64,000 nucleotides of DNA, taken from an uncultured Spirochaetota bacterium. GTDB taxonomy: Bacteria > Spirochaetota > Spirochaetia > SZUA-6 > Fen-1364. The notes under the pieces were generated by a model. It was not told the origin of the DNA. It saw only the letters and a program-made list of their open reading frames with translations, and did not search any database. The position numbers were made by a program, and so were the translations under genes. Positions 38,764-49,152 of the stretch are shown here, piece after piece; the first letter of the stretch is position 1, and every line of letters begins with the position of its first letter. The stretch spans positions 147,119-211,118 of the forward strand of contig CAWAHW010000002.1 of NCBI GenBank assembly GCA_963781885.1, read 5' to 3'.

Positions 38764-39353
38764 GAGGCCTCGGGCTCCTTCACCCAGTAATCGCGGCCTC
38801 CGCCCTCCCGATCCATGAACCCGTACTCCACGAGGCTGCGGCGCAGGCGCGCCGTGTCGTCGTTGTAGCGCAGGAGGATCTGGTTCACCTTCTTTTCGCT
38901 GTAGCGCACGCCGGGCTGGAACTCGCGCAGCACGTGCCGCAGGAGAACGAGGTATTTCTTCTCCTGGGTGGGAAAGGCGGTGAACCTGCCGTCGGGACCG
39001 GTGAAACTGGCGAGCACCTTCTTGTCGAAGGATCCAAGGTCGATGCCTTTCGCGAGCTCGGGCAGGCGCTCCGTGCGCAGGAGCCGACGCGCCATGCCGG
39101 AAAGCGCCTCGAGCTTCAGCGAGTAGATGCTGTAGTGCCCCTCGGCGCGCGCGCTCACGAGCTCCGCCTCCGCAAGACGGGAGAGATGATGGGACACCGT
39201 GGATTCCCCCAGGCCCAGGAGCGCAGAGAGCTGCTCAACCGTGTAGGCGCGTTGGGAGAGGAGCCCCACGATCTTCAGCCTGTTCGCGTCCGCGAGGGCG
39301 CGAAAGAATCCGAGAAGCTCGGCATTCGGTATTTCGTTCGTTTCTATGGGCAT
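38760..39353 (-). CDS. ArsR/SmtB-type HTH regulator with a C-terminal DUF-like domain
   Basis: LADANRLKIVGLLSQRAYTVEQLSALLGLGESTVSHHLSRL. Its stop overlaps the activase start. Confidence 0.7.
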   Translation of the reverse strand: MPIETNEIPNAELLGFFRALADANRLKIVGLLSQRAYTVEQLSALLGLGESTVSHHLSRLAEAELVSARAEGHYSIYSLKLEALSGMARRLLRTERLPELAKGIDLGSFDKKVLASFTGPDGRFTAFPTQEKKYLVLLRHVLREFQPGVRYSEKKVNQILLRYNDDTARLRRSLVEYGFMDREGGGRDYWVKEPEAS

Positions 39354-39384
39354 GAAATCAATTTGACATACATCGAATCGACTG

Positions 39385-39651
39385 TCAAGCGCGAAGCGCC
39401 GCCTGCATATGACCCGAAAAAGAGACGGCCGCGATCTGCGACGCCTGCCTGCCGCTCGTGGCAAGAAGCTCCCGCGTCGATGCGCAGAACGCGTCCCAGT
39501 AGTCGCGTGCATCCTGCTCGGCCCAGCCGGGGTGCGGATACTGGGTGGGATAGGATGCGGAGGCCGAGCCGATCAGCCTGCCCCGGGCGTCGAAGAGTGT
39601 CGCCTTGTCGCCCGTGGTGCCCAGGTCGTGGGCGAGTATCAGGTCCGCCAT
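39385..39651 (-). pseudogene. N-terminal remnant (about 88 aa) of an FGGY-family kinase
   Basis: MADLILAHDLGTTGDKATLFD...YPHPGWAEQDARDYW, then a premature stop. Confidence 0.55.
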
Positions 39652-39751
39652 TTGCGCAGTATAGCACCCGGGCGCGCCGCGCGCGCGTCCGACCGAGCGG
39701 GACGAACGCTGCGCTTGCCGACCGGGCTGCGATCGGGGCATACTCACGGGC

Positions 39752-40957
39752 ATGCCGATAACAAGTGCACACGTGATTGCTGCGGCGCGGGCTCATCGCG
39801 ACGCGACCGCCCGGACTCTCTCCTCCATCGTGCAAATACCCTCCTTCAGCGGCAAGGAGGAGGCGGTGTGCCGGAAGATCGCCGCGCTCTGCACGGAGGC
39901 GGGCCTGGACGAGGTCCGCATCGACGGGCTGGGTAATGTGATTGCCCGCGTCGGCAAAGGGCCGCGGAAGATCGTCTTTGACGCGCACATCGACACCGTC
40001 GGGGTGGGGGACCCGTCGCGCTGGGCCACCGATCCGTTCTCCGGTCTCATCCGCGACGGGCTGGTGCTCGGCCGCGGCACGTCGGATCAGAAAGGCGGAG
40101 CCGCGGCCATGATCGCGGCGGCCCGCATCCTGAAAGAGACCGGCTATGACGGGGTATTCAGCGTCTACTTCACCTTCACGGTGCTGGAGGAGGACTGCGA
40201 CGGCCTGTGTTGGCGCTACCTCATCGAGAAGGAGGGGCTGCGGCCGCAATTCGCCGTCTCCACGGAGCCGACGAGCTGCCGCCTGTATCGCGGCCATCGC
40301 GGGCGGATGGAGATCGAGGCGCAGGTGCGGGGCATCTCCGCGCACGGCTCGGCGCCCGAGCGCGGGGAGAGCGCCGCCTACAAGACCGCCCGCGCGGCGC
40401 TCGCCGTGGAACGGATGAACGAGACGCTTGCCACGGACGAGTTCCTGGGCAAGGGGACGGCCGTGGTTTCCCGCATCGATGCGCACGGGCCCAGCCAGTG
40501 CGCGGTCCCCGATCAGGGCTCGCTCTACATCGACCGCAGGCTCACGTGGGGGGAGACCGCCGACCAGGCGCTCGCCCAAGTGCGGAACGCCATGGCAGGC
40601 GACGTGGAAAAGGTGGCCATGCCCCGGTACGAAGGCAGGGGATGGAACGGCGCGCGATACGACCAGGACCTGTATTTCCCGACGTGGAAGATCGCGGAGG
40701 ATCACCCGCTCGTCACAGGAGGCCGTGAGGCGTACCACGCGCTTTTCGGCCGGCAGCCCGAGGTCGGCAAGTGGACGTTCAGCACGAATTGCGTGGCCAT
40801 TTGCGGCGTGCACGGGATCCCCTGCATCGGTTTCGGCCCCGGCGACGAGGACAAGGCCCACGCGCCGAACGAGCAGACGCGCATTGATGACCTCGTGACC
40901 TGCAGCGCCTTCTACGCCATGCTCCCGCTCGTGCTGGAGGAGAGGAGCGGGGGCTGA
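39752..40957 (+). CDS. M20-family metallopeptidase/hydrolase, YgeY-like
   Basis: DAHIDTVGVGD...GRGTSDQKGG...NEQTRIDDL, the peptidase M20 dimetal-site pattern. Confidence 0.8.
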   Translation: MPITSAHVIAAARAHRDATARTLSSIVQIPSFSGKEEAVCRKIAALCTEAGLDEVRIDGLGNVIARVGKGPRKIVFDAHIDTVGVGDPSRWATDPFSGLIRDGLVLGRGTSDQKGGAAAMIAAARILKETGYDGVFSVYFTFTVLEEDCDGLCWRYLIEKEGLRPQFAVSTEPTSCRLYRGHRGRMEIEAQVRGISAHGSAPERGESAAYKTARAALAVERMNETLATDEFLGKGTAVVSRIDAHGPSQCAVPDQGSLYIDRRLTWGETADQALAQVRNAMAGDVEKVAMPRYEGRGWNGARYDQDLYFPTWKIAEDHPLVTGGREAYHALFGRQPEVGKWTFSTNCVAICGVHGIPCIGFGPGDEDKAHAPNEQTRIDDLVTCSAFYAMLPLVLEERSGG

Positions 40958-41463
40958 ACGCGGAGATCCTTCGCCTCGCGCTCGATCGCTACCGGCTGGA
41001 CATTCACGGCATCCACGGCATCGCGCACTGGGCGCGCGTCCTGGAGAACGGCCGCAGGCTCGCCGTGGTGACCGGCGCGGACGGCGCCGTGCTCGAGCTC
41101 TTTGCCCTCTTTCACGACTCCTGCCGCAACGGCGACGGCCAGGACCCGGACCATGGCCCGCGCGCCGCGGCGCTGGTGGCGAGTCTGCGGGACAGCATCG
41201 CACTCGATCCTGCGCGGCTTTCCCACCTTGTCGAAGCCTGCCGGTGCCACACCTTCGGTGCCGTCGAATCGGCGCACGTCACGGTGCTCACCTGCCTCGA
41301 CTCCGACCGGCTGGACATTCCCCGTGTCGGCAAGCAGATCAAGCCCTGGCTCTTGTCAACCGATGCGGCGCGCGCGCCTGACGTCATTGCATGGGCGACG
41401 GAGCGCGCCGAGCGCCTCGCGACCCCCGTACTGCTCGCAGAGGAGTGGGGGTGGCAGGGGTAA
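40954..41463 (+). CDS. HD-domain phosphohydrolase-like protein; start codon unresolved
   Basis: IHGIHGIAHWARVLENG...LFALFHDSCR carries the H...HD motif. No in-frame ATG or GTG lies upstream, so this may be a non-canonical start or another indel. Confidence 0.45.
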   Translation: MNAEILRLALDRYRLDIHGIHGIAHWARVLENGRRLAVVTGADGAVLELFALFHDSCRNGDGQDPDHGPRAAALVASLRDSIALDPARLSHLVEACRCHTFGAVESAHVTVLTCLDSDRLDIPRVGKQIKPWLLSTDAARAPDVIAWATERAERLATPVLLAEEWGWQG

Positions 41464-41537
41464 CCGTTCCTGCTCGCGCGCTGCCGCGCACAAAGCGCTG
41501 TGCCGGGGCGAAGGTTCATGACTTCTGATAAGGCCGA

Positions 41538-42793
41538 CTAACGTACGAGCACCTCCTTGAACCAGGGATAGATGACGTCGGCGGCAAATTGGATGTTGTT
41601 CATTGTGCAGTGTTGGTCGGCACCGTTTTCCGTCTTGAAGACGACATGTTTCTTTTCGCACTGGAGCGCATCATAGAATGCTTCCGCGGCGCGGCTCGCC
41701 TTCTCGCCTTCTCCCTCGGATTGGAGCGACAGGAATGGCGCCGTGATATGTCCGGCCAAGGGCATGATATCCCAGTCGCACTGGATCTTCTTCATGAATT
41801 CACCAAAGCTACGGGTATTGTTGGTCCAGTCCATCAGCGAAAAAACAAAGCGCGCATCATCCCGCTTTTTGGCGACCGGAGCGACAAGTTTATTCCAAGC
41901 ATCTACCGAAAGGGTTTCCAACCGTGAGGCGATGAAACCACTGAATACGCCGGGCACCTGTTCCAGGGCTTCATCCAGCCAGTGTTTGAAATAGTTTGGC
42001 AATATCGCATTGACAGCCGCCGCCTTGATGCGCTTGTCGAAAGCCGCCGCCCTCGGCACCATGAAGCCGCCCAAACTCACCCCATAGACCCCAAGACAGG
42101 CCATGTCCACGTCCGGTCGGGTCTGACAGTAGTCCAGAACCGGGCCCAGCACATGTTCCCAGTCGTGGCGAAAGCACAACGTGGGATCCTGGTGCAATGC
42201 CCCGCGTTGTCCCGGTCCATGAAACACCATCACATTGAATCCGTATTCAAGCGCCTGTGGGCCCCCCCGATGAAGAACATCTCCTCTCCGGCGCCATCGC
42301 CGCCCCCATTGAGCACGATCGTAGCTCGCGGCTCGCTGTCATGCCCGCTGGTTTTGAAGAAATACCCCGGAAGTGTGGTCGATTCATACGGAATGGCGAT
42401 TTTTTCGCCATGGTAAGGACCATGTTCAAGCGCTTTGTCGAAGCAACGGATTGAATCGTGGTAGAGCCCTGCCTGCTCCTGGCTGCCCTGCGGCATGACG
42501 GCGAACTCGGCGGCTCGGAAATAATTCCAGGCCCGCAGATACGCGCGGCTGGCGGCAACCAGGTTGCCTTCTTTTTCAAAACCGGACGCCAATTCTTCCG
42601 TCCGTATGGCCGTTTCCTTCCAGCCCGCCACCCATGCATCGAAGGTCTCACCGCGCGTCTTTATCAGGTTGGCCGCGTAATAGCACTCACCAACGCTGGC
42701 GGCTGAATACGGGGTATACCCCATCGCTCGGGTGAACCCAGCATCGAACACCTCTGACTTGAATACATTGAGGCGCAACATCATCTGTTTCAT
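41538..42793 (-). pseudogene. alpha/beta hydrolase (dienelactone-hydrolase-like), frameshifted in a C7 run near 42233
   Basis: N-terminal part (MKQMMLRLNV...IVLNGGGDGAGEEMFFIGG) and C-terminal part (VMVFHGPGQRGAL...GVYGVSLGG...) lie in different frames. RBS aaggagga. Confidence 0.7.
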
Positions 42794-42914
42794 GGATTCC
42801 TCCTTGACGAGTCGTTGCTCTAGCGACTGTGTGTTGATTACACTGTAGCAAGACTGGCGGTGCCATTCAGCGACGAAGATGATTGATGGGTCGCATAAGC
42901 AACAGGTGTCGAAC

Positions 42915-43568
42915 ATGTCCAAAGACAAGACGTCGCACGCTCGTATGACCAATAGCCGCAAGCTCGATCCGCGTATCGAACGCACCCAGGAAGCGCTCCG
43001 TGGTGCGCTCATGGCATTGATTGAGGAGAAAGGTTTTGACGCGATTTCGGTTCAGGATATCACCGAGCGTGCACGGCTTAACCGTGCCACGTTTTACCTT
43101 CACTATGATGACAAGCAAGACCTGCTTGTTCGTGCGAGTGAAGCGGCCTTTGATCGTTTGATAGCGGAAGCCGGACCGATTGATCGGGAGAACCTTGCTT
43201 TCCAGAAGCCACCACGGCAGGTTGTGCTTCTCTTTGAGCACATGGCAAAACACCGAAGGTTTTACCGATCGGTCCTCGGCAGACCGGGAGAGCCGGCATT
43301 TGCTGCACGGGTGCACGAATACATCGCCACGTTTACGCAAAGGCGGACTGCCAGTTTGCACACCATCTACCCCGCGGCCGTTCCTATTCTGGATGATATC
43401 TTCATCAGCGAATATGTGACGGGGGCGCTGCTTGGCATAATAACCTGGTGGTTGGAAAACGACTTGCCGCGTTCACCAGAGTACATGGCCGACCGATTTG
43501 GCTGGCTTAGCGCTGCCGGTACGTACCGGATGATGGGTATTGAGCCGCCAAGCCTTGACGCTGAATAG
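42915..43568 (+). CDS. TetR/AcrR-family transcriptional regulator
   Basis: ALMALIEEKGFDAISVQDITERARLNRATFYLHYDDKQDL. Confidence 0.85.
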   Translation: MSKDKTSHARMTNSRKLDPRIERTQEALRGALMALIEEKGFDAISVQDITERARLNRATFYLHYDDKQDLLVRASEAAFDRLIAEAGPIDRENLAFQKPPRQVVLLFEHMAKHRRFYRSVLGRPGEPAFAARVHEYIATFTQRRTASLHTIYPAAVPILDDIFISEYVTGALLGIITWWLENDLPRSPEYMADRFGWLSAAGTYRMMGIEPPSLDAE

Positions 43569-43706
43569 CACCTCGACGCGGCATGCCGGTCGTTACCGTT
43601 GGGATTTCCATGCATGGAGATTTTCCCGGTTCGATGTTTCTCCGCTTGAGCGTCATAAATGAGGCGAATTTGCGAGGCCCGCGCTCTACACTTATACTGG
43701 GTGTGT

Positions 43707-44479
43707 ATGCCAACGTTGCGCAGATCGATCCTTCTTCCCCTCCTGGCCGTCATCTCCCTCGGATTTGCAGGCTGCGCGACATTTTTCGGCCCACCGGGCA
43801 GCTTCGGCCGCGAGCCGTATCGATCTGCGGATGAGCTTCGCGCGCCGCTTTCCATGGAAGAGAAGGCCGTGCTCGCTTCCGCAAAGAGCCTGCTCGGCAG
43901 GGCCCCCGACTCCAGGGTCCGGGTGAACGGCAGGACATTCACGCTGGACTGCATCGGCACGGTGGCCGCCATATTCTGGGGGCCGGCTATGACATCATGA
44001 AGGATGCCGGCCGCTACGGCGGCGGCGGTGTGCGGAGCTTCTACGCCGAGCTTCAGGCAATGAGCGCCCTGCACCACGATCTGTACCCGCGGCCCGGCGA
44101 CGTCGTGTTCTGGGACAACACCTACGACGCGAACGGGGATGGGGACCTCACGGACGACCCGCTCACGCACGTGGGCCTGGTGGTCGCGGTCGACGCCGAC
44201 GGCACGATCCACTACGAGCACGAGCACCTCCGCAAGGGCGTGATCGTGGAAGTCATGAACCTCCTGCATCCCGATGAGTACGCCACCCCGGACGGCAAGA
44301 TCGTCAATTCCGCGATGGCAGAGGCCCGCAAGATCAGGCCCGTGCATTGGGTCTCCGGGGACCTCTGGAACTCATTCGGAGACGTGATCGGCAATGGGCG
44401 CCGCTTCGCCATTGCGGACGTTCGTCGGGATCCGCTCGCGGCCGTCCTGCTCGCCGTCGGGGCTCCCGCGTCCCCGTGA
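43707..44479 (+). pseudogene. lipoprotein with CHAP/NlpC-P60-like Cys-His hydrolase domain, frameshifted in a G5 run near 43975
   Basis: Lipobox LGFAGC. Cys (TLDCIGTVA) and His (LTHVGLV) motifs fall on either side of the shift. Confidence 0.55.
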
Positions 44480-44545
44480 CCGCGCCGTCAGCGGCGCCGG
44501 TGCTGCAATCTTGCCCCATTCCCGCCGCGGGAGTACCTTGGATCG

Positions 44546-46015
44546 ATGGAGAGGAAATTTCATGTCGCAGCGTCCGGGCGCAAGCTCGTCACGCTGATTC
44601 CCGGTGACGGCGTCGGCCCCGAGGTGATGACGGCGGCACAGAAAGTGATCGAGGCTGCCGGCGCGAAGGTGGAGTGGGAACGACGCGAGGCAGGGGCAGG
44701 CGTCTTCAAGCAGGGCATCGCCTCCGGGGTGCCGGGCGACACCATCGAATCGATACGCAAGACGCGCGTCGTGCTGAAGGGTCCCCTGGAGACGCCCATC
44801 GGCTTCGGAGAGAAAAGCGCCAACGTCACCCTGCGGAAGCTGTTTGAAACCTACGCGAACATCCGGCCCGTGCGTGAGATGCCGGGCGTGCGCACACCGT
44901 ACTCGGGCCGGGGAATCGACCTTGTCATCGTGCGGGAGAACGTGGAGGACCTCTACGCCGGCATCGAGCACATGGAGACCCCCGGCGTGGCCCAGTGCCT
45001 GAAGCTGATCTCGCGCAAGGGCTGCGAGAAGATCGTGCGCCTCGCTTTCGAGTTCGCCATCTCGGAGGGCCGAAAGCGCGTCCACTGCGCCACCAAGGCG
45101 AACATCATGAAGCTCACCGAGGGCACGCTGAAGCGCACATTTGAATCGGTGGCAAAGGAGTACCCGCAGATCGAGGCGCAGCATATCATCGTGGACAACT
45201 GCGCCCACCAGCTCGTGAAGAAACCCGAGCAGTTCGACGTCATCGTCACGACGAACATGAATGGCGACATCATCAGCGATCTCACCTCCGCCCTCATCGG
45301 CGGCCTGGGATTCGCGCCGTCGGCGAACATCGGCAGTGAGGTGGCCATCTTCGAGGCGGTGCATGGCTCGGCGCCCAAGTACGCCGGCAAGAACGTCATC
45401 AACCCCACGGCGGTCATCCTGTCGGCGGCGCTCATGCTGCGCCACATCGACGAGATGGAGGCCGCGGTCGCCGTTGAGAACGCGGTGCTTGCCACGCTGG
45501 AGGCGGGCGTGCTGACCCGGGACGTCGTCGGCGACACCGGCGCCGCCTCCACAACGGCCTTTACCGACGCCATCATCGGCAACATCGGCAACAGGCCGAA
45601 AAGCTACGCCGTGCGCCCGTACAAGCCGCTGAAGCTGCCCACCGTGTCCGCTGACCTGGATTTCGTGAAGGTGCGCACGCGTCGGGTCGTCGGCATGGAC
45701 CTGTTCCTGGAATCGGCCCTGCCCGTGGAAGAGCTAGGCAGAGGCGTCACCGCGCTGCTCGCGGGAAGCCCGGTGGAGCTGAAGATGATTTCCAGCCGCG
45801 GCACGAAGGTCTACCCGCCCACGGGCGCCATGACGGACGCGGTGGACCTTTCCTGCTGCCGCATCGTCCTCCGCGACGCAAAGGGCGACCTCACCGACGC
45901 GCAGATCGCCGACGTGATGGCGAGGATCGGCGCGAAGCATCGCTGGATGCACGTGGAGAAGCTCAGCGAGTTCGACGGCGTGGCCGGCTACACGCGGGCG
46001 CAGGGAGAGGACTGA
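44546..46015 (+). CDS. NAD(P)-dependent isocitrate/isopropylmalate-dehydrogenase-family protein with an about 150-aa C-terminal extension
   Basis: LIPGDGVGPEV...NLRKLFETYANIRP...IVRENVEDLYAG...NMNGDIISD core, followed by an unassigned tail. Confidence 0.8.
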   Translation: MERKFHVAASGRKLVTLIPGDGVGPEVMTAAQKVIEAAGAKVEWERREAGAGVFKQGIASGVPGDTIESIRKTRVVLKGPLETPIGFGEKSANVTLRKLFETYANIRPVREMPGVRTPYSGRGIDLVIVRENVEDLYAGIEHMETPGVAQCLKLISRKGCEKIVRLAFEFAISEGRKRVHCATKANIMKLTEGTLKRTFESVAKEYPQIEAQHIIVDNCAHQLVKKPEQFDVIVTTNMNGDIISDLTSALIGGLGFAPSANIGSEVAIFEAVHGSAPKYAGKNVINPTAVILSAALMLRHIDEMEAAVAVENAVLATLEAGVLTRDVVGDTGAASTTAFTDAIIGNIGNRPKSYAVRPYKPLKLPTVSADLDFVKVRTRRVVGMDLFLESALPVEELGRGVTALLAGSPVELKMISSRGTKVYPPTGAMTDAVDLSCCRIVLRDAKGDLTDAQIADVMARIGAKHRWMHVEKLSEFDGVAGYTRAQGED

Positions 46016-46021
46016 ACCGCG

Positions 46022-46192
46022 TCAGTCGGACGCTGCGGGCCGGCCGGGAAGCCGGCCCTTGTCCACGAGGGACTTGCGCAGCAGGAATTCGATCTGGCCG
46101 TTCATGCTCCGAAGCTCTTCCCCGGCCCAGGCGGCCAGCGCGTCGTAGACCTCGGGTGAGATGCGCAGCAGGAACGATTTCTTGTCCGCCAC
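46022..46192 (-). CDS. Arc/MetJ-type ribbon-helix-helix DNA-binding protein (56 aa)
   Basis: KKSFLLRISPEVYDALAAWAGEELRSMNGQIEFLLRKSL. GTG start with RBS gggagg, 13 nt downstream of the SPFH stop. Confidence 0.5.
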   Translation of the reverse strand: MADKKSFLLRISPEVYDALAAWAGEELRSMNGQIEFLLRKSLVDKGRLPGRPAASD

Positions 46193-46205
46193 CGCGGCCT
46201 CCCGT

Positions 46206-47075
46206 CTACTGGTAGAGCGTTCCCGTGTTCACCACCGGCTGCGTATTCTGCTCGCTGCAGAGCACGACGAGAAGGTTGCTCACCATGGTGGCCTTGCGCT
46301 CCTCGTCCAGCGCGACCACCTTCTTGGCGGCGAGCATCTCCAGGGCGCTTTCCACCATGCTGACGGCCCCTTCCACGATGGTGTGGCGCGCTGCGACCAC
46401 CGCGGATGCCTGCTGACGCCGCAGCATCGCCATCGCGATCTCCGGCGCGTAGGCCAGGTGACTCACCCGGGTCTCCACCACCTCGACGCCGGCCTTGAGC
46501 AGCCGGTCCTGTATCTCCGTCCTGAGCTGCGCCGAAACCTCGGCGGTATGGCTGGAAAGGGCGATCTCCTCTTTCTCATGCGCGTCGTAGGGATATCCGG
46601 TGGCCAGATTGCGCAGGGCCGCCTCGCTCTGGACGTGGACGTAATTCTCATAGTCGTCCACCTGGAAGGCCGCTTCCGCGGTATCCACGACCCGCCAGAC
46701 GACGACGGCGGCGATCTCGACCGGGTTGCCCCGCTTGTCGTTGACCTTCAGCTTCGCCGTCTCGAAGTTGCGCACGCGCAGGCTGATGGGGCGCTTCGTG
46801 AACAAAGGGTTTGCCCAGCGCAGGCCCGGTTCCCGCGCCGTGCCCTTGTAGGCGCCGAAGAGCTGGAGGACACGGCCCTGGTTGGGGCTGACGGTGAAGA
46901 GGCCCGCCATCAGGAAAATGTCGATGACGAGCACGATCGGCGACGCGATCTTCAGCGTGAGGCCGTCGACCCGCTCCGCCATGATGAGCCCGACGATCGC
47001 CGCCGCAAGGATCACGATCAACAGCAAAAGCATCGTGATGCCCGGCGCCGCATTCCGCTTGATTTCCTTGATCAT
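46206..47075 (-). CDS. SPFH/band-7 domain membrane protein
   Basis: One N-terminal TM helix then an SPFH core ([23 protein letters not shown]...). Confidence 0.8.
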   Translation of the reverse strand: MIKEIKRNAAPGITMLLLLIVILAAAIVGLIMAERVDGLTLKIASPIVLVIDIFLMAGLFTVSPNQGRVLQLFGAYKGTAREPGLRWANPLFTKRPISLRVRNFETAKLKVNDKRGNPVEIAAVVVWRVVDTAEAAFQVDDYENYVHVQSEAALRNLATGYPYDAHEKEEIALSSHTAEVSAQLRTEIQDRLLKAGVEVVETRVSHLAYAPEIAMAMLRRQQASAVVAARHTIVEGAVSMVESALEMLAAKKVVALDEERKATMVSNLLVVLCSEQNTQPVVNTGTLYQ

Positions 47076-47169
47076 CTCATTTCTCCTTGCTATTGATATG
47101 ATATCACTTTGATTTCAACCTGTCAACAGATATCTGGAAGCACTTTGGCTGACCGGTTACTATGCGGCG

Positions 47170-48525
47170 GTGAGCGCGATAGTTCTCAAGGACTGCTTCT
47201 ACATCCAGCCGTCGGCCGATGCGCAGGGAATACGCGGCGCCGATGTCCTGATCCAGGACTCCTCGATTGCCGCGATGGCCCGCGGTCTCACCGTTCCGCC
47301 CGGCGCGCGCGTCATCGATTGCGCGCATCATGTTGTGGTGCCCGGATTCGTGAACACGCACCACCACTTCTTCCAGACACTCACGCGCAACCTGCCCGCG
47401 GTGCAGAACGCGAAGCTCTTCGACTGGCTGGTCTACCTCTATGAGATCTGGAAGAGGATCGATGGGGAGGCCATCCATACCTCGTCGCTCCTTGCGATGG
47501 GCGAGCTCCTGAAGACCGGCTGCACCTGCTCCACAGATCACCTCTATCTGTATCCGCGGGGCGCGCGCGCCGATTTCGCCGCGCTGCAGTTCCAGGCCGC
47601 CGGGGAGCTGGGCATGCGTTTCGCGCCATCCCGGGGCTCGATGTCTCTCAGCAGGAAGGACGGCGGCCTGCCGCCCGACACGGTGGTGCAGGACGAGGAG
47701 ACGATACTTGCCGACAGCGAGCGCGTGATCAAGGCATTCCACGATCCGTCCCCGCGCGCGATGAGGAAGGTCGTGCTCGCGCCGTGCAGCCCTTTTTCCG
47801 TGAGCGAAGACCTCATGCGGCGCACCGCGCGTCTTGCGCGCCAGCACGGGGTGCGGCTGCACACGCATTTGGCGGAAACGGCGGACGAGGATGCGTACTG
47901 CCTTTCCCGCTACGGCGTGCGGCCGGTGGAGCTCATGGAGCGCTCTGAGTTCATCGGCCCCGACGTCTTCTACGCGCACGGCATATTCTTCAACGACGCG
48001 GAGCTGGACGTGCTGCGGGAGCGCGGCGCGCACATCGCCCACTGCCCGTCGTCCAACATGCGGCTGGGGTCCGGTGTCTGCCGGGTGCGCGACATGCTGG
48101 ACCGGGGCATCAATGTCTCACTGGCGGTGGACGGGTCGGCATCCAACGATTCATCCGACTTCCTTGGCGAGATGCGCCACGCGCTCCTCCTGCAGCGCGT
48201 CGTGAAGGGAAGCGGCGCGCTGAACGCACGGGAGGTCCTTTCCATGGCCACCACCGCCGGTGCCGACGCCCTGGGCTTCGGCGGAATCGGAAAGGTAGAG
48301 CCGGGACAGGCAGCGGACCTCGCGGTGTTCGACATCGGCAGGCTTGAATACTGCGGAAGCCTTTCGGATCCGTTTGCCGCTCTTATTTTCTCGGGTTACA
48401 ACCATGGTACGGCCTATACCATCTGCAACGGGAAAGTGGTCGTCGACAACGGAAGGCTCACGGGCATCGACGAGGAGAAGCTCATCAAGGATGCGAACCG
48501 CATCGCGGCGCGGCTCGTCGAATAG
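47170..48525 (+). CDS. amidohydrolase, 8-oxoguanine-deaminase / SsnA-like (TRZ/ATZ family)
   Basis: PGFVNTHHHFFQTLTR metal-binding motif. 451 aa. Confidence 0.8.
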   Translation: MSAIVLKDCFYIQPSADAQGIRGADVLIQDSSIAAMARGLTVPPGARVIDCAHHVVVPGFVNTHHHFFQTLTRNLPAVQNAKLFDWLVYLYEIWKRIDGEAIHTSSLLAMGELLKTGCTCSTDHLYLYPRGARADFAALQFQAAGELGMRFAPSRGSMSLSRKDGGLPPDTVVQDEETILADSERVIKAFHDPSPRAMRKVVLAPCSPFSVSEDLMRRTARLARQHGVRLHTHLAETADEDAYCLSRYGVRPVELMERSEFIGPDVFYAHGIFFNDAELDVLRERGAHIAHCPSSNMRLGSGVCRVRDMLDRGINVSLAVDGSASNDSSDFLGEMRHALLLQRVVKGSGALNAREVLSMATTAGADALGFGGIGKVEPGQAADLAVFDIGRLEYCGSLSDPFAALIFSGYNHGTAYTICNGKVVVDNGRLTGIDEEKLIKDANRIAARLVE

Positions 48526-48549
48526 GACGGCGCGCGTTATCTTCGCTTC

Positions 48550-49026
48550 ATGAGCAGCGACAGACACGAATACAGCGCCCGGCTCACGTGGGAAGGGAAT
48601 CTCGGCAAGGGCACCGCGACGTATGCCGGCTATGGCCGCAACTACCGGATCTCGATGCCGGGGAAGGCAGACCTGATGGGAAGCGCGGACCCGACATTCC
48701 GCGGCGCGCCGGACAGGCACAGCCCGGAGGACCTCCTGGTCGCCTCCCTCAGCGCGTGCCACATGCTGAGCTATCTCGCCGTCTGCGCGTTGAAGGGTGT
48801 CAGCGTCGTGGCATACACCGATGACGCCGAAGGCGTCATGACAACGTCGCACGGCGGCGCGACGGGCAGGTTCGAATCAGTGACGCTTCATCCCCACGTG
48901 GCGATCAGCGGGGCGGACAAGGAGGCGCTCGCCACGGAGCTGCACAAGGAGGCGCACGAGGGCTGCTTCATCGCCAACTCGTGCAACTTCCCCGTCACCG
49001 TGGAGCCTGTCCTGACGAGCGGGTAG
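48550..49026 (+). CDS. OsmC/Ohr-family protein
   Basis: 158 aa with conserved Cys pair (SACHMLSY ... EGCFIANSC). Confidence 0.8.
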   Translation: MSSDRHEYSARLTWEGNLGKGTATYAGYGRNYRISMPGKADLMGSADPTFRGAPDRHSPEDLLVASLSACHMLSYLAVCALKGVSVVAYTDDAEGVMTTSHGGATGRFESVTLHPHVAISGADKEALATELHKEAHEGCFIANSCNFPVTVEPVLTSG

Positions 49027-49152
49027 TGGGCCGCTTGGGCGCGGACGCCCCGCGCGCGGTGGCGCGGCGCATATATCGCGAGGAGTCAGAAATTGACTAC
49101 ATCTGTCAATGCGGGCGGTCGACTGCGCGGGGACGCCCCCCCGCGCGCGAAA

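Noticed and set aside
39344-41203. 619-aa minus-strand ORF
   Set aside because: It is antisense to the YgeY-like M20 gene and the HD-domain gene and has no recognisable domain.
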